A stretch of 64,000 nt of DNA from Phoronis australis (GCA_002633005.1 NMRA01000073.1:62001-126000); one strand, 5' to 3'; counted from the stretch's first letter, positions 11,917 through 25,264 are shown. The notes: generated from the letters alone by a model not told the origin. Translations and numbers: made by a program.

Positions 11917-14900
11917 AGTACCAGTGGAACTGCTGTCTAAAAGCTATCGTTGTTACAAATGTTGTTTTCTAAACAACAGGACTGCTGGTTGCTCAAGAAG
12001 AGTTCATGTGTGAATATTGAAGGGAACATTTTGTCAAAATGCGTATTGGTAGTTGGACAAAAATAGTTGACAGAAATAGGAGTGTATTTAATTAATGTAT
12101 ATTTGAAGATAAACAAGAAGTGTAAATTAAGATAAGAGTTAGTTGTATACACCTGGCTAGTGTTGAATTAATGTTATGTTTATCACTTGAGTAGGTGTTG
12201 AAGCAATGGGATTTTCTGTTTTGTTGATAAATTTATCATATGACTGTGTGATTGGTGAGGATTTATTATTCCAGAATTAGATATTGGCATGTAGTCCTTG
12301 GAACTTGTCATACCATGTTTTGTTCTATATTCTCTGTTAAATAGCAACTGTATAGAATAATGGCTTTACAATTGCTTAGTGTTGTGCCCAGGTGTTATGA
12401 CAGTCTTTTGCCCAAGTGTTTCTCGTTTTTTTGCGACTGGTAACTTCCAGTGATGTACGTCTATGGTGTCTTCGTGAAGTGCCTACTCTTGACATATCCA
12501 GCATTTCAAAGTCCCTTTGTATTTAACATTGTAACAATCTTCAGATTCTGGAAACCTGAGGAGCAGCAGACTTACTTTTGAGTGGACATCTGTGCCAGAC
12601 ATTCATGTCAAGGTGTCTCTGGCATTTAGTGTGGTTGTAGTAAAGGTGTTAGAACTTGTTTGATCTGTGAGTAGGTGTCAGGTGTATACAGATCTTGGGC
12701 TGCTGTATGTATGGTTTGATGATGACTATCTTATGGCACTAGTGAGCCCAGGATATCTCCCATTGTAAAGTAGTCTACAATTCATTTAGGCTTATCTCCA
12801 ATCACAATGAATAGAACAGTACAGTATTGGTTGAATGGTGCATCAGAAGTGTCAGTTTTGAATGAACGTGACCTTTTGGTGTTTCACTCGATTTCATGAG
12901 CGATTTGAAATCAATCTCTGTTTCCCTAATAACCAACTAGCATCAATTTTGGATTGTTGGCAATAATCTTATCTTCAATTTGTTCATAATGTAAATAGTA
13001 GGAATCTGATTACATGTATTTAGGGAGATTTATAAGACCTTAATTGCTGACTTATGTAAAAACTTGTTTGTACAAGTTGCGTACTGTTGAGCATTAATAT
13101 TCTCCATTTGTGACAGTGCTTCACCAAATATAAAGTGTTCAAACTTTAGCACCAATACTTTCTGTATATGTTTGTCAAGATCAGCATCAGTGCGAGGTCA
13201 TAAATGTTGTGATATAGTTTCTTGGTGCATTCCAATCAAACACGATTTTTTCCAATGCTGCTTTGTGCTGCTTTTGTATTTTGCTAGATATTGTGTTATT
13301 GTCTAACACCTGTTTTGTTTGAATTTCCCTGTTTGAATAAATTAATTTTCCACATAACATTTCTTGTGGGTAGGGAAGGTGCAAAAGCCTATTATATTTC
13401 CATGCTCTTCTTAAAGTGTATAAAATTGCATTATATATCAAGTGCGTTTGACAGAGCCAAGTAAAATGTTTTTGAGTCATTTTTTCATAAAATGAATTCT
13501 AGCAAGCCCAGTTATGAATGGTATGATTTGAAGGTCATCCGTATTGGAATTATCTTTTTGGTTTCATGAAAATTGCCACTACAGTTGAATTTTTGGATTA
13601 ACACTTATGAAGTTACACAAACACTAAATATGACATTAGACTTCACAGGTTACAAATTTCTCTGATGTAAAGCCACAGAAAATGTTGCTGTTTTTATCTT
13701 GCATCTAAGGTGGTGATAAACTCACCTTCCTTTATAAAACTGTTGCAAATTATTGTCCACTAAAGGTGATTTCACATCTTTGAAAGAACAATTTGTTGCT
13801 GCTGGAGATCAAGCTTAATTTGGCTCGACTGCGTGTTAATGGGAATAATGAACTATCAGTTATAGTAACTTACAGGTGTCCTGCTTTTTGAGAATCAGTT
13901 TTCTCAAACCAATAACTCTGGTGCTCCTGTGTGGCTATTGACAACCTATCGGTACATTGCAAACCCAGAAATTGCTTCTCAGTTGATACCAATTTTACAT
14001 TGGTACTAGCAAGTGTTCGAAATTGCTTCTTTGGACAGAATGTGTATTTATAGGCATGTATCCCTTATCCCAAATCAATATGGCTGCCTGGACTACTGTG
14101 GAATTAGAGGAAGCTCCAAGGTGTGTGGTACTAATAAAGTGCCTTATTGTGGTTGCTTATGCTATCCTGAGTTTAGACTTCATCAGCATTCAAGTGTAGT
14201 GTGCAGGGGTATGGGGTTTGTGTTTCAGAGATAAGATCAAACCAGTTCCCTTTCTTAAAAAACAATGAAAAATCAAAGGTTATGTCAATGCAAACATTCT
14301 GAAATTGTCAAAAGTGCAAACTAAGTATCTATAGCCTCTGTGACTAGTACATGAACAGATGATAGATATTAAGATGTTCAGTTAAACTGTATTTTCAACA
14401 CATCAATATAAATATTTTACATGTTCTTTAAATACTTCAAACTGTCTACAAGAGCCAACACTTTTAAACTCCTCACGCTCTTTGTCTATTAGGTGATGTG
14501 CGTCACAGACATCTAGAGACTTTCAGCCAGAACAGAACATGACCAAGACAATGCTCAGATTCCCACTATGCATAAAATGTGGGGCAAATCACCATATCGC
14601 ACCTTGTTTTACTTAACTTATAAAATTTTACAATCGCAAAACCTGCACAATAAATTGTTGCACTATTGTATGTGCTGGCAGCTGAAAGGATGAGAAATAG
14701 CTACCACGTGTACAGGAATGAACTCGCCTGATGACGAACAACAGGCCAACATGGATGGTGTCTTAGACTAGCAATACAAGTGATCAAGCTAGGGAGTACA
14801 GCTCCATCTATCTGATCCACTGGGGTATGTTCAGTAATATCTTGCATAGAATAGTGAGATCGCACATGATAACGATAGTGAAAGGCAAGATCTCACAAGG

Positions 14901-15783
14901 ATTTCACTAGAAAGTTTGTGGTATTACTTGTACACTGACGAAAGGAACTGTTAGGACTGCTGCTTCAGAACGCTGAATTGTGGGAGTAAAAAGTAAACAT
15001 CCGTACTATACAGGAGTTTTATGCACACAAGCCATGAGCATGTATTAAGAAATCATCAATTTAGGGACCAAAAGCCAAATCCAAATATATGCTTGGGCGC
15101 TTATTTGGAAATGACAAATATAAGCTTGGGTGTATCCCACTGTAGCCAGTGGGCAAATTGAAAACAACAAAGTCTTCACACACAACATTACTGAAGTCCA
15201 ACCAGGTGGGAGTTTATTGCTGAAAATGTATTTAGTTATGGTTTTGGTGCCCATTTCCTATGAAACTGGGGAAAGTTTTGGGATTCAACCACACTTATTT
15301 TCCCAAATGCATGCCCTTGGTTTATATTCTTCATATATGCCCACAGGGCATATCTAAAGATGGGACTTTATCCAGAAATCTTTAGTACTATCTTTTTAAC
15401 ACCCCCCCCCCCCATTTATGTAAGGCAACTATTTTCACCGAGTGTGTCTCAAGCATTACTGAACCAAAGATAAAGCTACTGCATGAAATGCTTCAAATGT
15501 CCTTAGAAATTTGGAAAATGATGAATAAAACTGCATTAACCACTGGCAAGCTCATTCTCAGTAAATTGGTTTAGTGAGACCCAAGAAACCTGCACTTGCA
15601 AAGTACCTTCACACACACAAACAAACGACTTCAATTTTCAGACAATCAACAAATTAAAAAAAATGGAAAAGCATGGATCAAGTTGGTCAGTTTTGCGTTA
15701 GGTCACTGAAAGCATGTGGGTTAAAAATCTCATATTTTAACACGAAACAGGCAATATATGAAAATGCTAACCCAAATACTGCA

Positions 15784-17088
15784 TCACACGTCTTCAGTGG
15801 AACCCATGGCTGCCATACCATGCGTCACTAATTGTGTCTCAGTCTTAGCCACTGTTGGCTTGATAAGAACGTACATCACTTTGGAGTTCTCAGGATCCTT
15901 GATGTCAACCTGCACAGTGTGAGGCGATGTGCGAGTCGGCACCTCACAGATGTCACCATGTAAAACTTGAATGACCTTTTTGTCACCATTGAAAATCACC
16001 AGTGACACCTGGCAGTTTGATTGCTCACTAGGCTCACCTCTGATGGAAGTGTCATTGAAATAGATTTGCATCATCCACGAGCCATTGTTCCTACGGTAGG
16101 TGATCTTCCACTCGGCTTCACGTCTCTCACTGGGCACGGGTCCAGCAAACGTCTTGACATCGCACTGTATTCCAAAGCGAAGCGTGTTCTGCATACTGAC
16201 CTGATCAACAACCAGGTCCAGGTAATTACGTGGCTTATAGTATGGCTCATTGAAGTCTGCTGGGTGCACAGTTGCAGCCAGTGAACGGAAACGATATGCC
16301 TTGCCAAGTAGCTGATGTAGAATATTATGGCAGCACGCATTGTTGGCAAGTTCACTCTGCTCCACTTGGTACAGTTGTGGCACCAACATCTGCGGGAAAC
16401 GCACCAATGGCAAGAGTCTCTGGGCATAACTGGTCAGCTGTCCATACTTCGACTCTTCCAGCAGCCACTGTTGCACTCCGTCAAAAATATAAAACTCATC
16501 GGAAACGACCAGTTTGTCACAACGCAGTATGTCTTCAATGAACTCTATATCCAAGAGCAGCCATTCTGGAGACTTTATTACATCTTCAATGTTCCATGTT
16601 ATTGTCTGAGTGCAGTTGGTTTGTATGGAGTCAAGGTTCAGCGCCTTTGACCATGAATACCAGTTCAAAGCATTAGCCACATAGGGACTGCATGAGTGCT
16701 CCAACATGTATACAATGCACAAATCTTTCAAGGATTGCACATTGTACTTATCAGCTAGACAGAGGATTCCCACCGAATTGCCGACGTTAAGGGCAATGCC
16801 GGCTGTATACAAATAGCGTAAGAAGTGACGGAATGCAGCAATACACTCTGGTGATTCATTTAGCACGACCTCATTTGACACGCTCTGTGACCATGGCTTC
16901 TCATAGAGCATCGTTCGGAAAACTGAGCTCGATTTGGCAAGGACAAACTTGTGAGCAAAATATTTTTCTTCACCAATTTTGATGACAACATCACTAAGGT
17001 CTTCTGTGTTGAAAAACCTGGACATGTTCTGAATGAAGTCAGTCGCATCCGTCAAAACTGTGCCATCTCCTTCGTGTACACCCTCCAT
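15784..17088 (-). CDS. BTB/POZ-BACK domain protein, BTBD17-like (putative CUL3 adaptor), 434 aa, single coding exon
   Basis: BTB signature LSDVVIKIGEEKYFAHKFVLAKSSSVFRTML...FLRYLYT...ADKYNVQSLKDLC, BACK domain (EWLLLDIEFIEDILRCDKLVVSDEFYIFDGVQQWL..LLPLVRFPQM), YKPRNY motif. Acceptor tttactttcag at 17095 makes the ORF-track N-terminus MHCLCILVVYFQ intronic; ATG at 17088. Confidence 0.88.
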   Translation of the reverse strand: MEGVHEGDGTVLTDATDFIQNMSRFFNTEDLSDVVIKIGEEKYFAHKFVLAKSSSVFRTMLYEKPWSQSVSNEVVLNESPECIAAFRHFLRYLYTAGIALNVGNSVGILCLADKYNVQSLKDLCIVYMLEHSCSPYVANALNWYSWSKALNLDSIQTNCTQTITWNIEDVIKSPEWLLLDIEFIEDILRCDKLVVSDEFYIFDGVQQWLLEESKYGQLTSYAQRLLPLVRFPQMLVPQLYQVEQSELANNACCHNILHQLLGKAYRFRSLAATVHPADFNEPYYKPRNYLDLVVDQVSMQNTLRFGIQCDVKTFAGPVPSERREAEWKITYRRNNGSWMMQIYFNDTSIRGEPSEQSNCQVSLVIFNGDKKVIQVLHGDICEVPTRTSPHTVQVDIKDPENSKVMYVLIKPTVAKTETQLVTHGMAAMGSTEDV

Positions 17089-17868
17089 TTTAATCTGAAA
17101 GTAAACAACCAGAATACAGAGACAATGCACAAAAAATGCAATTCAGGGTGAAAACTCCAGAGAAAACCTTTACTCAGGATAGTCTACCATAGGGTTAAAA
17201 AGATATGAATGTACTGTACATGGATGGATCCAGATAAATCTTCTGTGCAGTTGAGCTAATGCCATGAACGTGTTACTGGCAGGTTTTCAAAAGAGCATGT
17301 GATAAGATAAAAATCTATCTATCTTGTTATATCATAAATGCAGACAGCATAAGTTCCTAGGTCAAAGTCTGAAGGTTTGAAATGATGCATCTACTAAATG
17401 GCCCACTGCCAACCCACCAGTCAAAATTGGCTGTTGATTTTTTTATTATTATACATTATGATGGTAGGTAAAAGTCACTTATCATCAGAGTTAATACCAA
17501 GAATGAACGAACAACTCTGACTTTTGAACTTACAAAGTAAAGCAGCTAGTATATATTCATTAACCTCATTTGATCACTAGTGCCCATTAAATTCTGTCAT
17601 GTGATAATTAAAGACTGGACAGTCACTGTCAACCTTGATTTTATTCATACTATGAACTAAACAATGCACACTGTTTATGTTGTAACTCAGTTTCACAACA
17701 GGTCTATCAGGACATAAATTCTTCTACAACTTTTGTAAATATCTCTGTATTTCCATCGCATTCTTTTTTGCGCTCACCACTGGTAATTAAATTCCAGCAC
17801 AATTCCATTGGCCATCCATTGCTCATTGCATGCCCATGGGGTAAACCATTGCTTTTCTCAGCTTTTAA

Positions 17869-18287
17869 AGTCCTGTTTAGACATCAACTTTTGGCCCGGC
17901 GCAACTGACACGGAGCAAATTGACCCGTGTCAAGCGGCCGTTTACACATACAACTCACTTACCACGGCAAGACCGAAATTAAAGGCTGGAGAGACTGGAT
18001 CGCACATGCACAGGTTTACAAATGGCGAGAGTTGCAGAGACAAAGAACCCGTATGTAAGTCATTAGGCAAGCGCAGTAGAGATGATCCTTTACGCCTTGC
18101 CCCAGTTTCGCGTTTAGACTTAAAGTTGACACAGCGCAAGACGGGCGCAAATTGCTCTACCTCACAAACGGGTGGCAAAAATGTGTCACCGTGGTGTCAA
18201 TTTGCTCCCTGTCAATCCGTTTACACACTGGAACAACTTGCTCCGTGTCAGCTGATCCATGTCAACTTTGTAAGTGTAAACGGCACT
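17869..18287. mobile_element. PIF/Harbinger-like MITE
   Basis: Imperfect TIR agtcctgtttagac / gtgtaaacggcact flanked by TAA and TTA; internal inverted subrepeats (tgacacggagcaa / ttgctccgtgtca). Confidence 0.7.
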
Positions 18288-18955
18288 TTAGCAGCATGAA
18301 TAGGCTAATTAGTTTTGCCAGAAATGAATTCCTCCTGTTAGCTATGCAGTCACAATAAATACAAACCCAATAACAGAGCTATGAGTACAGCTAGTTCCTA
18401 AGTATATTCCCATTTTGCCATTGAGGGCAAATCTCAACCCACTGCTTTGTAAAATGCAGTTACATTGAATTTTTGTCTAGTACATGGGCTAATGTTCTAG
18501 CCTGCTCATTTGTACTTTCATTCAGATACATTTACTCACTTACAAAATCTCACCAAGCAAGGGACACAAGACAAAACCCAGTCAAATTTACTGTCCCTAG
18601 TTCTTTTATCAACAACTTACACGTGACCTACCTCTGTGCACTCAACTTGGCAGGATGGTATGATTAAATAGCATTTTATCTGAATATTATATCAAGAACA
18701 TCTGCACTATATATATTGTGAGCTTGACACATCAATGGTGGCCATCTGAGAGAGAGGCTCTGCTTCTAATAAAACACTCTTAGTCAGCTGGGTACAAGAG
18801 ACAATCAGGGAAAATAGTTTATGTCACATTTAGTTCACATAAATTTGCGGTATAACAGCAACATGGTTTGGGGGGGGGGGGGGGAGGGGAGGGGATACTT
18901 CATTTTACCATTCAATTCAAAAGACTACTTCTTTTACCATAGTGCAAATAAACTA

Positions 18956-19114
18956 CCGTAATCGTTCGGGTTAACGCCCTGGGCGGTTAAATTGGCGAAC
19001 CCAAAAAATCGGGGGAGGGCGGTTAACCGAGCAGTGGGCGGTTAAATCGGAAATCCACTTAAAGTCGGGGATGGCCGGTTAACTGAACATGGGCGTTAAC
19101 CCGAACGATTACGG
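18956..19114. mobile_element. Tc1/mariner-pogo (Tc2-type, CCGTA-ended) MITE
   Basis: Perfect 24-bp TIR CCGTAATCGTTCGGGTTAACGCCC, TA on both sides, internal ggcggttaa repeats. Confidence 0.85.
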
Positions 19115-19624
19115 TATTTGGAGTCCACAGAATGCATGATTGATTCAAAGCAGATATGGATTATAGGCCCCACAAAGCTCCAGTCCAAAAATACCACAGC
19201 ACATGTACTTACAAAAGGAAATTAGGATAGCCAATATCTTAAATGTTTATTTGTTGGAAAATCAATTGTTGACCAAGTCCTACTCTTTGAGTATGGCAGA
19301 TTCTCCTTCATCAGATTTTGAACACCACATGCATTGCTAGTGCATATTTCCATCTCAATAGATCCATGACTCACTGCTGACTGAACCAAGATTAAGAGTG
19401 AAGCAATCAATAAATCTAGAGAACAAAGAGAACATCACAATAGCATAAACCCTTCTGGGGAATGCTATTACCTACATGGAACAATCAACTAAAGCAGATG
19501 ACATTATCACAGACACAAGGACATTAATCTACAAAGTGATTTTAGCTGCATGTAGTAGGATAGCTTGGTAGGTTGATAGGACTGGTTTTAACAAAATTAC
19601 CTTAGTAAATATAATCAGCATTGA

Positions 19625-19996
19625 TATGAAAAATAAATCAATTACTGGACTTACGCAATGAGTTTAAGCTACGTTGCTCATCATCTCGAGAACTTCGGCA
19701 GGCCACTGAGATGTCACGTGACTCATCATGTGATCGATATCACAGTTTGCGCAGGATACTCTTTAGCACCCTATCCCAAGTTTTTGGTAACAGAAATTTC
19801 AGGCTCCCTCGTCTGTTTTACTGGAATTCTCCACTCTCTCATATATGGCCTTCTTAACCAATTGCCTGAACCAGTTTTCTTCCCTATCGATCACATGATG
19901 ACTCACGTGACATCTCAATAGCCTGCCGAAGTCCTCGACATGAGGACGCAACGTAGCTAACTCAATCCGTAAGTCCAGTAATTGAATTTTTTCATA
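19625..19996. mobile_element. Foldback MITE with ~110-bp inverted arms
   Basis: tcaattactggacttacg...gagatgtcacgtgactcatcatgtgatcgata versus tatcgatcacatgatgactcacgtgacatctc...cgtaagtccagtaattga. Confidence 0.85.
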
Positions 19997-22900
19997 CCAT
20001 TTACTCAACAGGATGACTCAAAATATTCATCATACTATAATCAGCAGTGATTTACTAAATATAGTGTAGATATTTATGAAAAAAAAATAACGACAGCCCC
20101 CCATTTTAGAACAAAATAAGCACATTGTAAAAGAGCATGTTGTAATGAAAGGCATGCCAGGAAATTGTTTCTGTACTATGAAGAAAAACAAACGGGGTGG
20201 AAGACATGATTGATGCATTTATGGTCAAAATTCACAATTCTTGCAAAATATGAAAGTTTGAAAGAAAGAAATTTAGAAGCCATTTTATTTCCATGTCCAA
20301 AGATAACAATCACTGACAGTAATATAATGGAAAAACTATCATCTGAATTGAGAAGGGGCAAAACTGGTGGTGATGGAAGGAGAGGAACAGTTTAAAGGTA
20401 ACAAACAAACAAAAATCTGAAGCATACCCCTGTCAAGCCCATTCTTGAATATTTGCTGAGCAAAATCACACGAGTTCCCAGGATAGCTGAGGGCACATTG
20501 TCACCAAACCTTCATGAAAGGCCTATCACACAACTGGAGATTATTTGAACATCATTTAGCGCGAGAAATGGCGAAAAGAACTCCCTGATCGTGTGAAGTG
20601 GCGAGAAAATTTACGATGGCCGAGGAAATAATCTGGCCTAAATCTTTAGCATTGCGCTTACAGAATCCGAATAACTTTGGCCAGCTTGTGAATCCGGTCT
20701 TTTCGAGCATACTTAACTTTCTTACCATCCTAAATTTAGACCGATTTAAATCTCTTTTTGCGACCTAAATCTCTTTTTGCGTTGGGTCCAAATTCTTGTG
20801 GTCGAGAAAGACTGTTAACCCACCATTCTAAATCCGTGGCGCGAAAAGCCCTTTTGCAGAGAGAAAAGCTCAACTCCATATTTCACATATTGCTCTCATG
20901 AGCAACCAGAGTTATGAATTGTTACAAGTGGGATCATGAAAAATTCCTAAGACATGATTTATTGCCAATACTTAATATAATTGAAGATAAAATTAACTTA
21001 GCAGGGACATCCTGAACTGTAACCCGCATTCAAACCATGAAACTGTACCTGGGTAACATAAATGTTGATCACAAACAGTTAAAAATGGCCTCACCAGTGA
21101 AAACTTCCATAATTAAGTAAACCTGTAACTGACCATATTTTTTCAGAAAGTGCAGGCAACACAGTACTACTATCAAAATATGTGAGAGTTGCAGCTGCTG
21201 TAAGAACTTCAGTTTAAGAAATTTATGACAATTAGGCAAACATGGCAGCTGAAACTGAATGTACAAAGTGCGCACAGCAGATTTATCTATACAGTCCTTA
21301 GGAAATAACTAGCTTGGCCTTTCACTAATTGTCATGTTTAGGCTCCAGTAAGATTTGAAGGAACACTAATTAAAAACGCATGAACAAAGCTCATATATTT
21401 GCTCCCAGAACAGAATGAGAGTCTCTTGCACTGTCAGTAATTTTACAGAAGATTCATCAAATTACCAAAAATTATTACAAGGATTATTCTTGGAATTCAA
21501 TTCCCAGTCCTTGATGCATGAGAGACAACAAATAAAGACAAACCAACCCCTTGTATTTCATTTCAATGCACATCATCTCAGTTTCACTAGACAAAAAGAA
21601 GAATGCTTAAAATGCTGGTGTATTAAATATCAAACACCAGCATCTGTATAAACCATCAACAAAATATGGAACACGATTTTATTTTCAAGGAAGAAATTAC
21701 TGGTTGATATTGTACAAAGGTTTTGATGACTCTTAACTGCGAAAACATACACTCCGAGTCTTTCCAGCATTCACATTTGAGATGTTTTAACTTCTCTGCA
21801 AGTAAAAGCCACAAAACAGGACAATTGTGAGATGCAGGTTATGGGTTTTTGAAAAGCAATTCCTAGAAATGATAATCTACAACTACCAGTAAGTTGTCCA
21901 TGTGTAACAAAAGAAGTCAAACAAACTGATAGACTTCATTTTAAATCTGACTTTGCAGGACCAAATATTGACCATAAACCATTATTATAAAGGCCACACC
22001 TGGCGAACTTTGGTACAGCAATGATTAATACTTTTGTTAAGTTTTGTCACATGCAAAACATGAACAAAATATTTCAGTATTGAAAACATGATATATTTGT
22101 GTTCTCAAATAAGAGAGAAAATTAACATTAGTACCAATTTTGTCAACACACACATTGGTTCCTACTAATTCCAGTTCACTGTCATGACAATGTGAAATTG
22201 ATACCCTCATGGCCTGACTTTTCATTTCTTGTTAGCACTAAACCCNAGTTTTGGGGGGCTCGAATTTCTGACCAAGTGGACCTTTTGCTAACAGAAAAGC
22301 TGGAGGACTAAAAAAAACGGGGTACCTTCTTCAGTACTGTGAACTGTGCGTCTGCCCCCGTGGTCAGATGTTGGTACCTCGTTCATCTATGCTAAGTGCT
22401 CTGGGCTGCCGGTCTATACCCTCATGGCCTGACTTTTCATTTCTTGTTAGCACTAAACCCATGTAGGCTAATATTAATCTTCATTATCTAATGACTTGGC
22501 AATGAAGCCATACAACAACTGCCAGCACCACTATAAAATTTACAGGCAAGTTAAGGTTTGCAGGCCTTCCCACTGCAACACCACGAAGCTTCTGTCAAGG
22601 TGAACACTTTAACTTCTGTCTTGAACTACAGCTCTGAAGCTGATGAAAACACTGTAGCTGAACTTCGCTATTAACAACACTAACAGTGAAGTTTCGGTAG
22701 CAGCAATATTGACTGTATGGAAAAGGGCCTTAAGATAAGGAACTTATATAATAAATAAAAACTGTTTCTTTTTGTCCAATGTACAAAATCAAAATCTAAA
22801 CCAGACCACATAAACCCCGACAAAAATAAGTTTCAAAATATTCCTCGAGTTCGCCATGAGTAGGAATTCTTTTTGAACAGAATTTTAGAAGTCAAAAAGT

Positions 22901-23836
22901 GCCTTCTAAGTCGAAAAGTACTTCAACGACTTTACTCGACTGAATGCTAGAAATGGACTTGTATTCATCTTGTTAGGTTTAGCAGCAAATTTCTTAAATT
23001 CACATTCAGCAGTAAGAGTATGGGCAATAATGTCTGAGCTGATAAAGATAAACACCGGGCATTGTTCTGGGCATTGTTTGATAATACAACTGTTACAACA
23101 ACAGGACTGAAATATGTGCACGGTGTGCTCCTGGAGCATGCATGACTGCTTAATTAACTGAGTTAACTGCAAGGCAGATATGGGCACTGATCAACAATAG
23201 ACGCGCAAACAGAAATGGCAACTTGCCATATAAACTTGTGAAAATAAAGGAATGAAGACAAGACAACAGATGTTTATCTGTACATAAAAAGTTACACAGC
23301 CAGACATGGCTCTAGCTAGTTTAGAGCAACAAAGCTATCACAATTCCAGAGTAACTATAAAGTGAATAATTGTTGATTTCATTCAAGAACCCTCTAATTT
23401 AAAGAAAATAAACAATGACCTTATGAACTCAGTTTCAACCAGAATTTTCCTGTGATGTCCTCACAAATGCTCTCTATCACCAGGAAAACTGGTTCCTAGC
23501 AATCACTATTAAAAAACTTGTTGACAAATTATTTTCTGGCAACTTTCCCAACCTTTCACACAGCTCATGATAACAAAAGAATACACTGATCCTAACAACT
23601 GAGATAGTACTCAGACAGTGAAAGATGAAAAGTATGAGAGAACATGCGTATTTGCAATTCTTAAATGTTCCACAAAAACTTGAACAATCATGCACACACA
23701 GAGAGAAGTCAAAAATGTCCGACTTTGAAAATTCTTAACACTAGGACTAGATTGCCAAATCTTGAATGAAAATATCCTTCAATGAACCCTGAACTCTAAC
23801 ATCATAATCTACAAAGCATAAAATCCATAGGCATAC

Positions 23837-24060
23837 CTCCAAAGTATAACATATATCCACGCAAGGCTCCATATTCCATTCCTCAGTAAGCCCAATGCCT
23901 TTCTGCCTTAACTGCAATGTATTGATTATGCCACCACACTGTTTCCCCTTTATATAATGCCATAACAAACCTAGTGTACACACACTCCCATATGACAGGA
24001 ATTAAACACACATGACTATCGGCCAATCAGCTTACACTTGATTGGCAGCAGCCAATCAGA
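23837..24060 (-). promoter_or_regulatory. Candidate internal promoter and first exon of the BTB gene
   Basis: Three CCAAT boxes 24021-24060, TATATAAA on minus strand 23956-23949, donor GAG|gtatgc at 23837/23836. Confidence 0.5.
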
Positions 24061-25264
24061 GTTCATGTAACAAAGTCTATTATTTGTAGACTAGAGCCTC
24101 CAAGAAACCATAGATTTGATGTAAGGTTAACATATTCTTAACAATAATCAATAGCTGATATCAAGAATTGATAAAACTTTCACACAATGGACATCATGAA
24201 AAAACAGATTGTTTTGACTGATGATAAAAATAAACAATTAAAGGGATTCAACACAAATTTAATATAACTTTGAATTTTTTAAAATTATCATATTTTGCAT
24301 TTTGGTTTTTGCCCACTCCAAATCTGCAAGAAAGTCCTCGAATAGGTAAAGTAAAAAGAGGTACTTCGTGGCAAAAATGTGGAATTCAAATGGAATCCTG
24401 GACAGCTGAGATTATTTATGTTGAATACTTTCGTTGCAAGATGTCAGTTTCATTTTAGGCTTTAGATATAATTTCTGCTTACTGATTTACTCGTGTTGGT
24501 GTTGGCAGACATCTTTTTTGAATTGTGAGTTTGATATTTAGCCCTTTTCATTTTGTTAATTAGGCCAAGAAGTCTTGGCTGAGTTTTGGAAAACTGACAT
24601 CAAACATGAAAATGGCATCACATAAGCAAAGTGCCAAATGGCGATCAAAAATTGTCCGGCTTGAGAATAGCAGATTTCGCCAACAAAAAGATTCTGATAC
24701 CCTCAGAATAGCAACATATAACTAAAAAACGACCGACTTCCTATTTGAGAGCTAGGGAGTGAACAAAAGCTATGCTTGAATTTTAACAATGACGTCTATT
24801 CTAAAGTAAAGTATATTTTCAGCAATGAGAGAGAGCTAAAACCTCTCTATTACTACAATGTTCAGTAATACATGCAAGCATAAGTAAAACATCAACAAAA
24901 GCCCATAAATCAAAGAGAATTGTTTAAAGAGAGCAAGTCAGTTATGACATTAGGATTAGCTGGAGCAGGTAGAACACCTGGACCCAATGACATCAACCAC
25001 AACACTGAAAAGCCCATAGGAAGTGCAACACCAAAATCAATTGTTAAATTTCAGGTACTGTTCCTCGCACATTCAAGGCAAAGATGAACAGCTGGGGGGT
25101 TTCCTTAACCACCTGAAAGGCCAGTGAAGCATGAAGTTTTTACCTTTGGTATAGCCACATTCTTGCAGGGCATTTGGTGTACAGCCTCAGTTACACAATG
25201 TAATCAGTGGCCAGTGAAACTGTTAGATCCTAATCATGTACACTTTGGAAATGCATGTGCTGGT

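Noticed and set aside
17089-17130. ORF-track N-terminus MHCLCILVVYFQ of the BTB protein as a signal peptide
   Set aside because: It spans the pyrimidine tract and AG acceptor, so is most likely intronic
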